Translations under genes and position numbers: made by a program
The notes under the pieces: model-generated
Databases searched by the model: none
What the model saw: the letters and a program-made list of their open reading frames with translations, nothing else
Told to the model about the DNA's origin: nothing
Source: Octopus sinensis
Lineage: Eukaryota
Direction of reading: 5' to 3'
Assembly (NCBI RefSeq): GCF_006345805.1
Contig: NC_042999.1
Location: 135,532,001-135,596,000, forward strand
Length of the DNA: 64,000 nucleotides
Part shown: positions 13,997 to 29,341 of the stretch, in pieces
How the letters are laid out: every line of letters begins with the position of its first letter
How positions within the stretch are numbered: the stretch's first letter is position 1

Positions 13997-15559
13997 CATA
14001 CAACGTTATTACACACTAAACATTGATTGATAAATAGATAATAATAGATTTTTCAATAGTCGCTCCTCTCAAATTTTCTTCACCCTGATGCAATTTTATC
14101 CACGAGAAAAATAGTGTTTTTAAATAAGCGAATTGAATTAAAATCAACCAATAATTTATCATATTCTTAACAGGAACTATTTATTGCAAACGAAAGACAC
14201 TCGAATTTATAAAAAAGAAACACTTCACAGTCAAGGACTTCCGCAAAATAGTCATCTGAGTCAATGTAACCAAATATTTACTGCAAATATCTAAACTACA
14301 TGTGACTCACCTTTGCAAAGAAGCTCTTCATATTTATTCTAATTATCATGCCAAATTCTTCTGGCTTAAGAGTTTTTTTTTTCTTCAATTCTCTTCAATT
14401 AACTATTTAGCAAGGTCATCTTCAGTGAATATCAACACACTTCTATGTGTAGGAGCAGAACATTAATTTACTGATATTTTCTAATTTAAGTACTTCCAAT
14501 TTAAGGAGGCAGGTGTTTATTACGTTGGCTTTGCCACTTCATTTTTTTTATCTAATTCCAATTTTGATTCATTTTCTCAGATTGGTTCAAGTTTCATGTC
14601 AACTAGATGACACAACTTTTAGTTGGTGTGAACGAACAAGTATAGCTTGATGTTCTTACTGTTGTTGTTGGTGGTGGTGTTGTTACTGTTGTTGCTGCCG
14701 TCCTCATCGGTGTTGTTGCTGTTGCTGTTTATCTCTACGAGTAGAGATGGAGCCTATTAACTAGATATGTTAATAAGTGTAGGCTAAACTAGAAAAAAAG
14801 TGTAGGCTAAAACAGAAAAATAAATGCTTCTAGGACAAAAGCTGTTCTCCCCAACAAAAATTTTCGCATACCCCCCTACAGCATCCCCCTCGCAGCACTC
14901 CTCTACGATATTACCATCACAAATCCCCTATATAACATTATCATCGCCACCAACTCTACAGCCTAATTACCACAATATCACTTATAAAAGCAACACAGCC
15001 TCTATACCACATTCAAACATTGTCTCACACAATATCATACACAGTATCATTGTTGCTACATCATCTCCATAACTTCTTCATCTACACAACTCCATCATTA
15101 CCAAACGCAACATGAGTTTCACAAAACTAAACATCACTGACATAACATCAACATTACATCATCACCAGTGCAACAGAATCATCACTTTATCTCCACAACA
15201 TCACACCACATCTTCAGAACATCACCTTTATAACATCTCTTAGACAACATGATTTCCACAGCATATATATACACTTCCCCAACATCACCCCTACACTACA
15301 TCACCGTTTCTTTCACATGACCGTCTTAATATCATCTATACGAAGTCATGATAAATGCAAGACCGCTTAAGCTTTGATGATCTTCCCTGGTTACCTCATA
15401 AGATAACTAAAAGTAACTACATAACATTACTATAAAAGTGCATAACTACATAACATAACTAAAAGTGCATTCCAAAACTCAGTTTTCCTATTCAGAGTTC
15501 TGATCCGTTACTGACCTTCAACATTGTTCGAGTAAGACTCCCCAATAAAACACTGGTCC

Positions 15560-15980
15560 CATATCAAACACACTCGATGCTGATATGCACTCAAACATCC
15601 AGAATCTCAAACATCCAGAATCTCAAACATCCAAAAGTAAGTTATCTGTTTGGCAAAGACTCGTTCGTCCATACACAACAATCTCAACACTTCAACCTCG
15701 CTCTCTTTACTCTCATCCTCTATCTTTTCTATCGCCACTAAAACAGACTCTGTTCCGTTGAATTAGCTACCTGTACACCACACAGTCAAGTGGATCCGAG
15801 GTACTTAGGACTCGCACTCTCCGATTCTCAAAACACTAAAACTTCTGAAGTTCCTATGTCTCCATCACCACCTGCAGGCATCGACTTATAGATGCTCAAA
15901 CTAAGCATCAGTTCTCTGAATCTCACTACCTTTTCAAGGCCTACCAAAGGCATGGTCACTTCCCCTTCGTCTTGACTAAA
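15560..15980 (-). mobile_element. Highly degraded LINE RT remnant
   Basis: Minus strand gives AFVGLEKV (cf. AFVDLEKA) after one frameshift, and KYLGST. Confidence 0.35.
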
Positions 15981-16304
15981 CTCTTTTTAAAATATTTGAA
16001 ACTTGTTTAAATTGTAGCCTGAAGCGTCTATTGACCGACGAGACATAAGTGCCTAACATAATGTAAGTATAAAATAACAGAACCGTACCACTGGACACAG
16101 GGGCGTAGACAGTATGTGTGCTGTTTGAAGAACCACTAGAGTTTGCTAATCCCGCAGACGGATAACCCAATAGAGGGTTATATATAGCAGATCCGTAAAA
16201 GCGTCACATCTGAAGACTACTTGTTCTTGATATTCTTAGAGTCGCTTCATGCACCTTTATAACATTATTTTATTATTGTTATTATTATTATTATGAATTA
16301 TTAT

Positions 16305-17115
<811 letters not shown>

Positions 17116-17375
17116 TACACAATAATAAATCTCTGAGCGAGGTATAAACAGTAGCCGCACGACATCGTGAAGCATATTTGCCACCTAAATGTGTCTAACT
17201 CTTAAGGGTTGATGCTACTGTTGCTTGTAGCCCCATGAAGACATCTCGTCCAGCTGGCTTCTGACACACTATATGTGCTCTATCAGTATTTGCAAAGGGA
17301 AGTCTATGTATGTATGTATGTATGTATGTATGTATGTATGTATGTATGTATGTATGTATGTATAGAGAGGGAGAC

Positions 17376-17870
17376 ACTGAGGCAGATGTCGAGGCCAGAA
17401 TCTAGTGTGCAGTAACAATGTTCAGAGGAATGAACGAGATCTAGACCAGCACTTCAGTTAACAATCGTACGAAGATTCCTACTGTGCCAAAATATTGTCC
17501 TTCCAACAGCAGTCTACGCAAGAGTAAGTTGGAAAATGACTCCCAAGATCACTCGGAGGTTGAATGCATTCCACTCATGGTGCCTACGCCGAATACTTAA
17601 GACCACGTACAGGGACCGGAATAGCAAATCTGCAAAGGCTGCAAGAGATTGTAGCAGAAAGAAGAGTGAAGGCTTGCAGGTTGTGATTTCCGACTACAAG
17701 AACGTATAACGAAAGCAGCTATACAGTGGGCAACACCGGAAAGACGAAGGAAGAGAGAGAGAGAACCGAGAAAGCACGGTTCACTTCCTTCAAAGAAGAC
17801 CTGGGAAGGTACTGCGACTATCGTGTTACAACCAGGATGGTAGGAGACTCCTTGCTACCTAATATACAAG
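17376..17870 (+). mobile_element. RTE-clade LINE 3' coding fragment
   Basis: IVLPTAVYARVSWKMTPKITRRLNAFHSWCLRRILKTTYRDR matches the RTE post-RT motif LYxxETW..RLxAFHxxCLRRIL. Confidence 0.8.
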
Positions 17871-18138
17871 CTAAGACGAAGATATGTGTGTGCGTGTGCG
17901 CGCGTGCATGCATGTATGTAAGTATGTATGTATGATGTATGTATGTATGTATGTACATCGATCGTCAGTGCATCATATACCCGAAAAACAAGCACACTCT
18001 AAAGCATAGAACAGTAATGTATTTACATGCAGTTAAGTATATGTCCGGTCATATATATTCCCAAGACACCAGTGATATTATGACGTCATAATCACACTTT
18101 ATTGAAAAATGCTTAAATTCTCTCTTTCTCTTTCTCTC

Positions 18139-18176
<38 letters not shown>

Positions 18177-18236
18177 CCCACATACACATGCATACACCCC
18201 CACCACGCATATGTGTGTAACGTGTGCGCGTACGCA

Positions 18237-18328
<92 letters not shown>

Positions 18329-18334
18329 TATGTA

Positions 18335-19150
18335 TGACCAGAAAAGGTGACACTCCTTCCATCATTCGTGGGAGACGAGGTTCGAGCTTCACTGAAGATT
18401 CACTAAGGTTGGTGTAGAAGATTTTGCATGCTTCTTCCATCTTCCGTCAAGTGACGTCATTTACCGTGAGCCAGTTCTTGTTCTTAAGCACCGTAACCTC
18501 CTACCTATCGAGTACCACCTCACTTCTGCATCTCTTTGGACTATTCCTTCTCTTTATAACCTGCTTGAGCCTCTTCACTCAATAATTCTCTTTTTTTCTT
18601 CCAGATTTGTCTTGTTCCTTTGCAGAGAACGGAACAGTCGAGGGGACTTTTCATGTTGCAGTTCTTACCTTTCACATGCAGCTTCTTGTTTTCTTAACCA
18701 GTGAATTGTAATCGTCATCAATCTCTTCAAGTTAACTTCAAAATTTCTTCTTGATAGCATCCTGTAGCTGCATCACCTGGAAAACCTTGACGCGTTGATT
18801 CTTCATCGAGAAGCGCAGGGCCCTCTTCTCTGATTTCATAGATCACGATCTTCGTCCGCTGCATGCAATGGTCGCTGCTGGTATTGTATGGCGCTATTGA
18901 CAAGTTGACCATCAGTATGTGCCATTTGTCGACAAGACTATAACTGATTTTATTTCTGTGCTGAGCGTTCGGGCTTATCCATTACAATCTCCTTCCAGAT
19001 TGCTTCCTGAATAGGTTGTTCCCAATGTAAAAACGTTTTTGTCTCTGCCGTGGTAACCAAACGTTTCCCTCTTTCATCTCTCTCTCCAGATCCTAACTTT
19101 CCAATATATTTCTCTCTTTGCTGCCCTTTTCCGACCCTTTGCGTTGAAAT
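18335..19150 (-). mobile_element. RTE-clade LINE, apurinic endonuclease C-terminus and linker, degenerate
   Basis: DFNAK..IGKLGSGERDERGKRL..IGNNLFRK..WISPN..NKISYSLVDK..SDH. Confidence 0.8.
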
Positions 19151-19169
19151 GAATGATCTAAAACTCTGG

Positions 19170-19952
19170 TGCTAAAAATCAAGGAATTAAAGTGCAGGTG
19201 CTCAAATCAAATTGCTCTTTATCTATTATCCACATATCTGATCTAATAATAGCTAGGGATGACAAGATATTATGTTTTTCAAAGTACTATAAAGGTAATT
19301 ACGCTTTCAAGAAAACCGTAACCAGAGCAGATATCTTTGATGCGGAGGTGGAGACAGTATCAAAATATTTTCAAATGGAATTGATTGATATGTAGTGTGA
19401 CGACATCTTGAGATCTAAATTTCATTCTAAATATGTTTCATTGATTGACTTCTATGCAAAATATATTTTTCCCAGTGGGAAGTATACCAACTTAGTGAAT
19501 CATGCAAAAAAGATTGCATCTTTGTTTGGAAGCACTTATCAGTGTAAGCAATTATCTTCCAAACTGAAACAAACTAAGAACAATTTGAGAACAAGATTAA
19601 CTGATAATCATCTTGATAATGTCTTACTCTTGGCATCAACAAGTTTGAAGCCTAGAAAAGCTTTCAAGGAACAGAAACCACCAAGTTTCCTATTAATTTT
19701 TGGGCTGATATGTAGTTTTACGATTTTTAAACAAATGATTCCAACGATGTCTTAAATTGCATAAATGATATTTTTCCATTACTATATTCATCTGTGGTTA
19801 ATACAAATTATTTTTACGTACAGTCAACACTCGTGAGTAAATTTTAGCTTGCGTAATTTTCCGTAATTATTCTTTTATAGACTTCGTCCGGCCCGCTATC
19901 CATCATTAATACTCGATCCGGCCAGTGGAGGCAAAGAAGTTGCCGATCCCTG
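19170..19952 (+). mobile_element. hAT transposase C-terminal dimerisation region with right TIR
   Basis: ORF 19408: SLFGSTYQCKQLSSKLKQTKNNLRTRLTDNHL. Element ends GTTGCCGATCCCTG. Confidence 0.85.
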
Positions 19953-20559
19953 GCTTATTCATTGCTACCGCCCATAGACTTCCAGCCAGATGATATCAAT
20001 TTTCGCCCTCTTTAACCGTTTAAGCATGCGACCTACTCTGAGACATTCCTTAATTCTATGAACAGAGAGAAAGGCCCGAAAAGCATCCAATGGTTTTTTT
20101 TTTTTTAATCGTTATTTGCACCGTGTACAGCGAGATCTGAAACGATGATTTGCATATTCATTGGCGCATCTTGTGACTGAAAAATATTGACTTACAAAAG
20201 CATCAAGAACAAACACTTTCCAAAATAATATAAAACAATAAGTTAATAAAAGTATTCCATCACAAATCGCTATGAAAAGAAGGGTATGAATGTCACATGA
20301 CATAGTGTCATTTCCTAGGGTCTGTCTCATATCCTAGTATAAGGTTCATAGCCTCATTTCAGGCGATTATTTACTTTCCTTTCAAAGCCTGAACTTGTAC
20401 CGAGTGAAAAGGAATAATTAGTTCATATGCAATATTATCTAGCACTTCCAACTGTTGTATATTACAGCAGCCTTTCCTATAACTTAATGCATAAACTCAT
20501 AATTCCCACCCACATCGTCCCACAGATACAAACACATCCATCATCTCTCTCTCACACTC

Positions 20560-20633
20560 TCTCCCTGTCTCTCCCTCTCTCTTTTTCTCTCACGCACACA
20601 CAGACAGACACACACACACATACACACACACAT

Positions 20634-20694
<61 letters not shown>

Positions 20695-21070
20695 CACACT
20701 CAGAGACTTATTAGTCCAACGAACAACCTCAAACTCATAAACACGCACACACGCATGCGCATGCGACTGTCCTCACTTACTTACAAACACAAACGGCGCG
20801 CGCGCGCATACTAACACACGCGCACATAGAGACATACGTACACGCATGCATAATACATACATACATGCATACATCCATCATCCATCCATCCATACATACA
20901 TACATACGTACGTACGTACCTACATACATACGTACGTACATACATACATACATACATACATACATACATACATACATACATACATACATACATACATACA
21001 TACATGCATATTTACATACAGACAACCTATTTAACTCACAAATACACACAAATATAAACACGCACGTGCG
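20560..21070. repeat. (CT)n/(CA)n/(TACA)n compound microsatellite
   Basis: Directly visible. Confidence 0.95.
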
Positions 21071-21519
21071 CATTCTTTTCTTTTTTTTCTTTTACTAATT
21101 TCAGTCATTGGACTGCGACCATTGTGGGTCATCGCTTGTTGCATGAATCCAAAATGAGCTCTTCAATGAGGGAAGCGATGAGAAGCATTCGTGCTGTCAA
21201 TGAAAATGAAGCTTTAAGCCTCCGAACATTGGTTATAGTAATATAAAATCATAACAATAACAATACATTTCATAGCTGTAAAATAAGGCATTTTGAAACT
21301 ACATACACGTCAACAACAAAGAAACTAGCTGCAGACCCGCAATTCTATACGTTTACTAGTTACTCCGACGCGGTAGCCAAAAAAATAATAATAAAGCGTA
21401 TAATATGCAACACAGGCAGTAAACAAAAAGTAAGATAGAACAGTGGTGACATTAAGTAGAAATGACCCGGAAGTTGTTCCTCTTCGATAACTATCGCAAA
21501 CAGCAGTAGCTTTCTTCAA

Positions 21520-21700
21520 CCGAATACACGTCGTTGATTGGCTAAAATTACCCAAACACGACAACTTTAGCACGAAATAACTTCTAAAATGCGAAATTTT
21601 GTCAAAAATGTTCAAAGTAAACCGTTTTCTGCGTGAGATATTCAAACTGCTTGATTTAAAAAATTAATTAAAAATCTGTAAGCCAGATTGAACAGATCCG
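21520..21700 (+). mobile_element. Right-end fragment of a Merlin-related element
   Basis: GAATACACGTCGTTGATTGGCTAAAATTAC resembles 50525-50560, and the segment ends AGATCC like the Merlin TIR. Confidence 0.45.
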
Positions 21701-21879
21701 AAAATCCAAAGCTGATTGTATGGGAATTAGCGAAACAGTTCAATTCGATCATAAAATACCTTCATAAACTTAACTTCGTCAGACAGTCCCTTTATCATTT
21801 GACTGCGTCTTAGTTGCACTGTGCATGTCATTGAAGAGTAGACTTGCTATCGATTTTTATCTCGAGTAGAATTATCAAA

Positions 21880-23003
<1,124 letters not shown>

Positions 23004-23111
23004 TACGATATCGCCAACTAATATCTAAGTAGCACTAGAAGGAACGCAAATACAAATGTCAATTTAATATGCATAGTGTTACCTAACGACACTTAGATAA
23101 ACTGTTTCTAG

Positions 23112-23820
23112 CAGTGGCGGCTCGTGTATAGGCACTGCGGAACTGCAGTAGTCCCTATTTCCACTCGATATTATCGATAACATTCAATATAACGAGTCCA
23201 TTTTTCTTTAATTCTTTCTTTATAACATGTACATTTTATAATCCTTAAGCTTAATGTCAGTAGCTATACCTTAGTTTATGAAAAATATACAAAAATCCTT
23301 GTATAGAACTGTGCGCTTCACATTTCCAGCGACGCGGTGTTTGGTTGGTGTGTGCATGCTCACATGTCCGAGATAAGAAGCTGCCCGCTAGGAAGAAAGA
23401 GCACTGTTATCCATGCAGTGCCGACCCTGGTGTGCTGATGAAATGTAGTGTTTCATTTTGATTCCGCGTGTGTTGCGCTAAAAAACGTATTTATATTCTT
23501 GAATGTGATTAAGTATAGAATTCGATTATTATTCTGCTTCAGCTACAGTGTTGCTACCAGGATTTGAAAAATAGAGCAGATTCCTCTACCCCACTTAATT
23601 TGTGATTTAGGGAGGAATTTTGAAAAACAGGGGGGAATTCGTGGCGGTTTTCAGTGAACAAATTAAACACTCTACCCAACAGAGGCTAAAACGCAAACCA
23701 ATCAAGTTTATGTATAAATTTTCTTTTTATATGTTTGTTTCCTTTTACACAATATTAAAACAACTGGTAAAAATTTTCTGAAGCATCACCCCTACTAATT
23801 TTATCTACGGCCCGTCACTG
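23112..23820. mobile_element. 709-bp non-autonomous hAT element with perfect TSD
   Basis: TIRs CAGTGGCGGCTCGT and ACGGCCCGTCACTG; GTTTCTAG on both sides (23104-23111, 23821-23828). Confidence 0.9.
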
Positions 23821-24067
23821 GTTTCTAGTTGTAAATACATTAATGTAAAGCATTCATGCTGATCTGTATTTATACCATCTTCGACGAACTAAAAAAGTTT
23901 TTTAAAAGAGAGGGGCAGTGTGACCAATTTTGTTTTTATATATACTTGTCTAGGAGGAAAAATTAGATATTTACGATAGGAATATTGCGATCTCAGCTGC
24001 ATTCTCTTTGGGTATTAAAACATCTTACGAAATCTTAAGGGTTTCCGCACTGTTTCCACAGGCTCAC

Positions 24068-24078
24068 CAATATATATA

Positions 24079-24128
<50 letters not shown>

Positions 24129-24213
24129 ATATATATATATAATATATATATATATATATAATATATATATATATATTATATATATATATATATAGATATA
24201 TATATATATATAT

Positions 24214-24275
<62 letters not shown>

Positions 24276-24800
24276 TATGTATGCATGTATAAGTAAATGT
24301 GTGTGTTCGTGTGTGCGTGCGTGTGTTTGTGTGTGTGTGGCATGACCGTATATTTGTACCCATTCATACACACGCACCCACATATACGCCAATACACACC
24401 CACTCTTAAGTTTATTAATGATGAATTTTAATGGAACATAAAGAAAAACTTGTTAACCAAGCTTCCTTTCGTCACAAATTTATGTTTTTTAGTGAGATTA
24501 TTTCATTGCTTGTCAGCACTTCATAGGACACTGAGACGTATATTGGTACGAGTGTGTTTGAGCACGCCTATGTATGTGCGCATGTGTGTGTATGCACGTA
24601 CTTATGTGTGTATGTTTCTTTGTATGTATGCATGTATATGTACGTGTGCATATGTATGTTTGTGTCAATGTGTTTGTGTGTGTATGTGTGCGCGCGCGTT
24701 CGTGTGTATGTGTGTTTGTCTCTATCAGTGTATATAGGTGTGTCTCTGTATAGGCGTGTGAGTTTCAGTGTGAAGTGGGGTATATTTATATGTGATAAAT
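24068..24800. repeat. (TA)n, (TAGA)n and degenerate (TG)n tracts
   Basis: Directly visible. Confidence 0.9.
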
Positions 24801-26205
24801 CGAGGAGAGAACTCTTGCACGTTCAAAGTGGTCTCAAGAATGCACCACCGCTTATTAGTGGGTGTGAAATGGGAAAAACTTGAAGTGATTTCTACGACAG
24901 CATATCTCTCGCTTCCGTTTACAAGAAGTTGGAGTTTGGGGTCTGATAGGACATTCTAAATCTTTATAGAATGTGTGTGAGTAATGTTGTGTCTATATGA
25001 GGGGTACAGTGATAGTCTGTAAGATATTTGTATCAGCTTTATACTCGAAGATGTTATTAACACGCGTACCAAGATGTTGACGTCATCATCGGACTATTTT
25101 TATATTGGACGATTCAATGTCAAGAGGCTGTACTCTAAATTTTCTAACCTAAGCGGGATTTGCTGTAAGTTCAAATCTCGTATAGGTCTATTTTGCCTTT
25201 CGTCCCTCTATGATTGATAAATTAAAATATCTTGTCAAGTACTGGGGTTAATGTTTTCAGTTAGCCCCTCACCACAAATTTATGGCTATGTGCTTTTGTT
25301 AGTGTTAGAAACAAAGAGCAGTGGATTGGCAGAATTACAAGAACAGATTTCTTCCGGCTTTTTATGCTCAGTGTTCAAATATCGTTGAGATTAACTTTGC
25401 CTTTCATCTTTTCGGGGTCGATAAAATGAAGTAACAGCAATTTTTAACAAAGTGAATAGTCGATGTAATCAACCTACACCTCCTCTTAAAATTCATGGCA
25501 TTGTTCCTAAATTTAAAACAATAATTTTTTTTGTATACATCATATCTTTACACTACCTCTGAAATTATCCAAATAGAAAAGAGGATTGGGAATCATCTTC
25601 GTTATTTTAAGGGATTAGAAAAAAATTGAAAGACTGAAACTGCGACAACATAATTCACAGAAAATTTCTGACAGGTTTCGCAACGGTATTCACTTGTACT
25701 ATGACTCCAGAAATCAAAAAGGAAGCTAGCGATTGTTGAAATCTAATTGTTTTTTTTAAATGTCTTAACTATCAATGTTTTTGTAAATGTCCTAAGAATC
25801 TATGTTTAGCTCTTGTCTTATGATATTGCTTAATTGAGGGACAAACCATCCTCTAGTTAGGATGCCGGTCTATTGCAAATAGCATTTTCAAATGATATGG
25901 CATCTATTCCTTACAAGTAGATGAATTTAAAATTCTGTCCTATCGAAACGTCAACATCGGAGTTGAACTCATGACCTATGGGCTAGTAATTCGATATCTT
26001 ATCCACCCAGCAGTTTGTTTTCTAATACGTGAATCACTGTCGGTCGAGCCAATAATCACTACTTCATGAAGGTCTTGGAAACAGCAAGGGATAAGTCAGT
26101 TCATCCTAGATAGAAAACCCGGCGTACCAATCTAAAGGCGATTACACTAACGAACGGTTCATCCAGCCAAACTAGTGCCAAACGTCAAAGGCTTATACTT
26201 TAGAG

Positions 26206-26410
26206 CAGGGTAGGGCAAACTACGGCCCGCCATGGGTTTTCATGCGGCCCGCCGAGAGGAATATTTCACAAAATTTCCTTTCAATCAATTGTGTTTATAG
26301 GTCTATAACCGCCTTTAAAAATATTTTCACTTGATTTTTATAAATGAGGCCCGCCAAGGTTCCAAAGACGCACTGTGCAGCCCGCGATCAAAAAAGTTTG
26401 CCCACCCCTG
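26206..26410. mobile_element. 205-bp hAT MITE with perfect TSD
   Basis: TIRs CAGGGTAGGGCAAACT and AGTTTGCCCACCCCTG; CTTTAGAG on both sides. Confidence 0.92.
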
Positions 26411-26774
26411 CTTTAGAGTGATTACATAAACAAGACCGAGCATGCCCGTCGCTAAGCAGATGCACTAGACGGCACTACCCCACTCACTGGCGCACCCTCA
26501 AATTTACAGTCATACACTTATTTCGAAACTCCACTTTGGCATTATTACAAATTAGTAGCCACCCAAAATATTCTGAAATATCCCCAGGCACTAAAGTCTG
26601 GCGACGGGCCTGAGGCCGAGAGAGGAATCATGATATTTGGACAACTGCGATTTCCATACACATTATCTAATATCTGGTTATTCCGATACAGTCATCCATT
26701 CGGTCTCAACCGAAAGGAAGACGTTTATAAAAGAAGTGTCTTTGCAAAGTTTACAGTAGAAATTCTTAGTTTTT

Positions 26775-26818
<44 letters not shown>

Positions 26819-28119
26819 CAGGGAGGAAGGAAGGAAGGAAGGTACCAACACTGCTGCTTTCGACCATAACAAAACCTTGCAACTGTTTACGAGATATACA
26901 GCATAAATCATTTTTGTTCTTTTGAAAATATGCTTAAAACTGAGAAATGTGCATTTATTATTGTTTAGACATTGAGAGACACCGCCCAAAATCTGTAATT
27001 AATATTCTACAAGTATCATGACTTGATGTTCTTAAATTTGCAGTTGGAAAACAAAAGGCTATTTGGTGACTGACGTAAACTAACATCTAAGCAGTAACGT
27101 TGACTGTAATTGAGAGTGTCAAATTTTATAAGTTGAACAAAGGACTAAAATGCACATCAGACATGTTGCTTCATTACTTTGGCTGTCGTTTTTTTTTTAT
27201 TTATTTTATTGCCGTTTTATACATAAGGCATTAATTAAATCATGGAGAAAGTTGATACATTAATGGATATCCGTATTATCATTAACCTAGTCCGCTCTCC
27301 CTTCCTGCAAAAACACAAGAATATGCACAAGTACACACACACGCGCGCGTGCGCGGATGCAGACACACAAATGACGCAGAGAACATCAACCTGCCAAAAA
27401 CTATTACTGAAAGAAATTTCGTGTTGGCACGAGGCTAATTCTTGGCATTGTGTTATCATTTTTATCAGAAAACACACACACACACATACAAAAACACGCG
27501 CGCGCGCACGCACATACTCACGCACACACACACACACACACACACACATAAACACATACACTCATACACACACGCACATATACACACCCTCTTCCTCTCT
27601 CTCTCTCTCTCTCTATCTATCTCGCTCTTTCTCTCTTTCTCTCAGCTTGTACATATATACATACATACGTGTATACATACATGCATGCATACATACATAT
27701 ATTCACATATACACAATGCATACATGCATACATACATACTCCAAGTTCACAAGTTTGTTACTTATGTGACGGTAGATGGAAAGAGCAGAGTATAGGGGTA
27801 CATAGAGCATCTATAACGAGTAGGTTATGCTGACTCGATTTTTATAAAAAACGACAAAACCTTATGATGATATCGGCTGATTATGAAAAAGGCGTCTTAC
27901 TCTACCCCAACACAAGGTTGCTGGAGTAGTAGGTGCTGCTTTTGAAAGGCTCCTAAACATGTGGTCAACAATTTTCGTACACAAATGTAACTAAACATAG
28001 ACCGACATATATAAAACTCCAAGGATGCCATCTGTGCATCTGTTTTCTGGTTGTTAAATCTACTATTTATCTTTTATAAGATCTATTCATTTTGTGCTTG
28101 AGTTTACAGCATCAAGAAA

Positions 28120-28290
28120 CACAAATACAACTCATAATTTCTTTGTGGACTATCTTAAGATTTGTACCGGAAATATTTACAATGCTAAGAAAAAGTTGAA
28201 TTTAATAACAGCATTTTCTGCTGATACAAGGATAGAATTTTGGCAAAAATGTTTATATTTGATAGTAGAACACAGAAAACCTATTTCCTC
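28120..28290 (+). mobile_element. R4/Dong-like LINE RT fragment
   Basis: FFVDYLKICTGN..KLNLITAFSADTRIEFWQKC aligns by eye with LFMDDLKLY..TV..FSxDIxMEFGxxKC. Confidence 0.55.
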
Positions 28291-28571
28291 AAATCATAAC
28301 CCTTTACATGAAATAGTCTTCTTCTCTTTCCTTTTCCACACAAAAAGGGATACATAGAGCATCTATAAAGAGGAGGTTATGCTGATTCGATTTTACAATA
28401 CGTACACCTTAATGAAAATGCATCACACAAAAGTGCTGTGAAATAAGACAGAGTAACCAAAGAATATTAGATCATTTAAAATTTATAACAGTTGGAGAAC
28501 TCCTCTTAAAGAAGACAATATCCTACAATGCATTTGTAGTACCAGTTTTGATTTCAATATTTGGAATGCTT

Positions 28572-28787
28572 AAGACGGTGAGCTGGCAGAATCGTTAGCA
28601 CCCCGGCCAAAATGCTTAGCGGCATTTCGTCTGTCTTTAAATTCTAAGTGCAAATTCCACCGAGGTCGACTTTGCCTTCCATCCTTTTGTGGTCGATAAA
28701 ATAATACCAATTGAACACTGGAGTCAGTGTTATGGACTTAGCCCCTCCCCCGAAATTGCTAACCATGTGCCAAAATTTGAAACCATT
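28572..28787 (+). mobile_element. tRNA-derived SINE, family B
   Basis: Head AAGACGGTGAGCTGGCAGAATCGTTAG; 13-bp TSD ATTTGGAATGCTT/ATTTAGAATGCTT. Confidence 0.9.
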
Positions 28788-29341
28788 ATTTAGAATGCTT
28801 GACTAGTCTGTGGAATAAATCCACTCCTTAGATATTGTAGCGAGACCAATTTCTATTATTGCATATTGAAAACATTTGACTTATATAGGTTCCTCGCGTT
28901 AATCTGTAGTGATTGGTTAAAATACTTATCATATGAGTGGGCATTTGTTGTGATTGGTTGAGTGTTGCCGGATTGAAGGTCCAATAGCGTTGTGCGTAAT
29001 GTATTTCAAATAACTAATCCTGTATGTGTTCTGGAGCCTCCTTTTTCCATAAATTGGTGTGACAAATTATTTACGAGTCAGCGGGGTGAGGGTTTTTCAT
29101 TAGGGAGAGTTATGCAGATCCTGCCGTTCCGAGGAAAATTAATATATGATAGAGTCCATGTAACCAATGACGACCCAAGCTGAATTATCAAAACGATGGA
29201 TGAACAACAACCAACAGAATTTGTAATGTTTTGATCCACTGTACCACTTTACGAAGGAATAAAGCTCCACTGTTATTTTAAAGTTGGTTTATTATGTTAC
29301 TTCTACGAATGGACACGCAAAATATGATATATAATGATATA

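Noticed and set aside
14305-14400. Minus-strand AAG|GTGAGT donor after LKPEEFGMIIRINMKSFFAK
   Set aside because: In-frame stop shortly upstream and no good acceptor.
14820-15350. S/T/H-rich ORF 14824-15072
   Set aside because: Lies in decayed (CAT/ACA) low-complexity sequence.
28572-28650. tRNA genes at SINE heads (also 22148, 35442, 54021)
   Set aside because: A/B-box-like heads continue into SINE bodies with TSDs; no complete cloverleaf.
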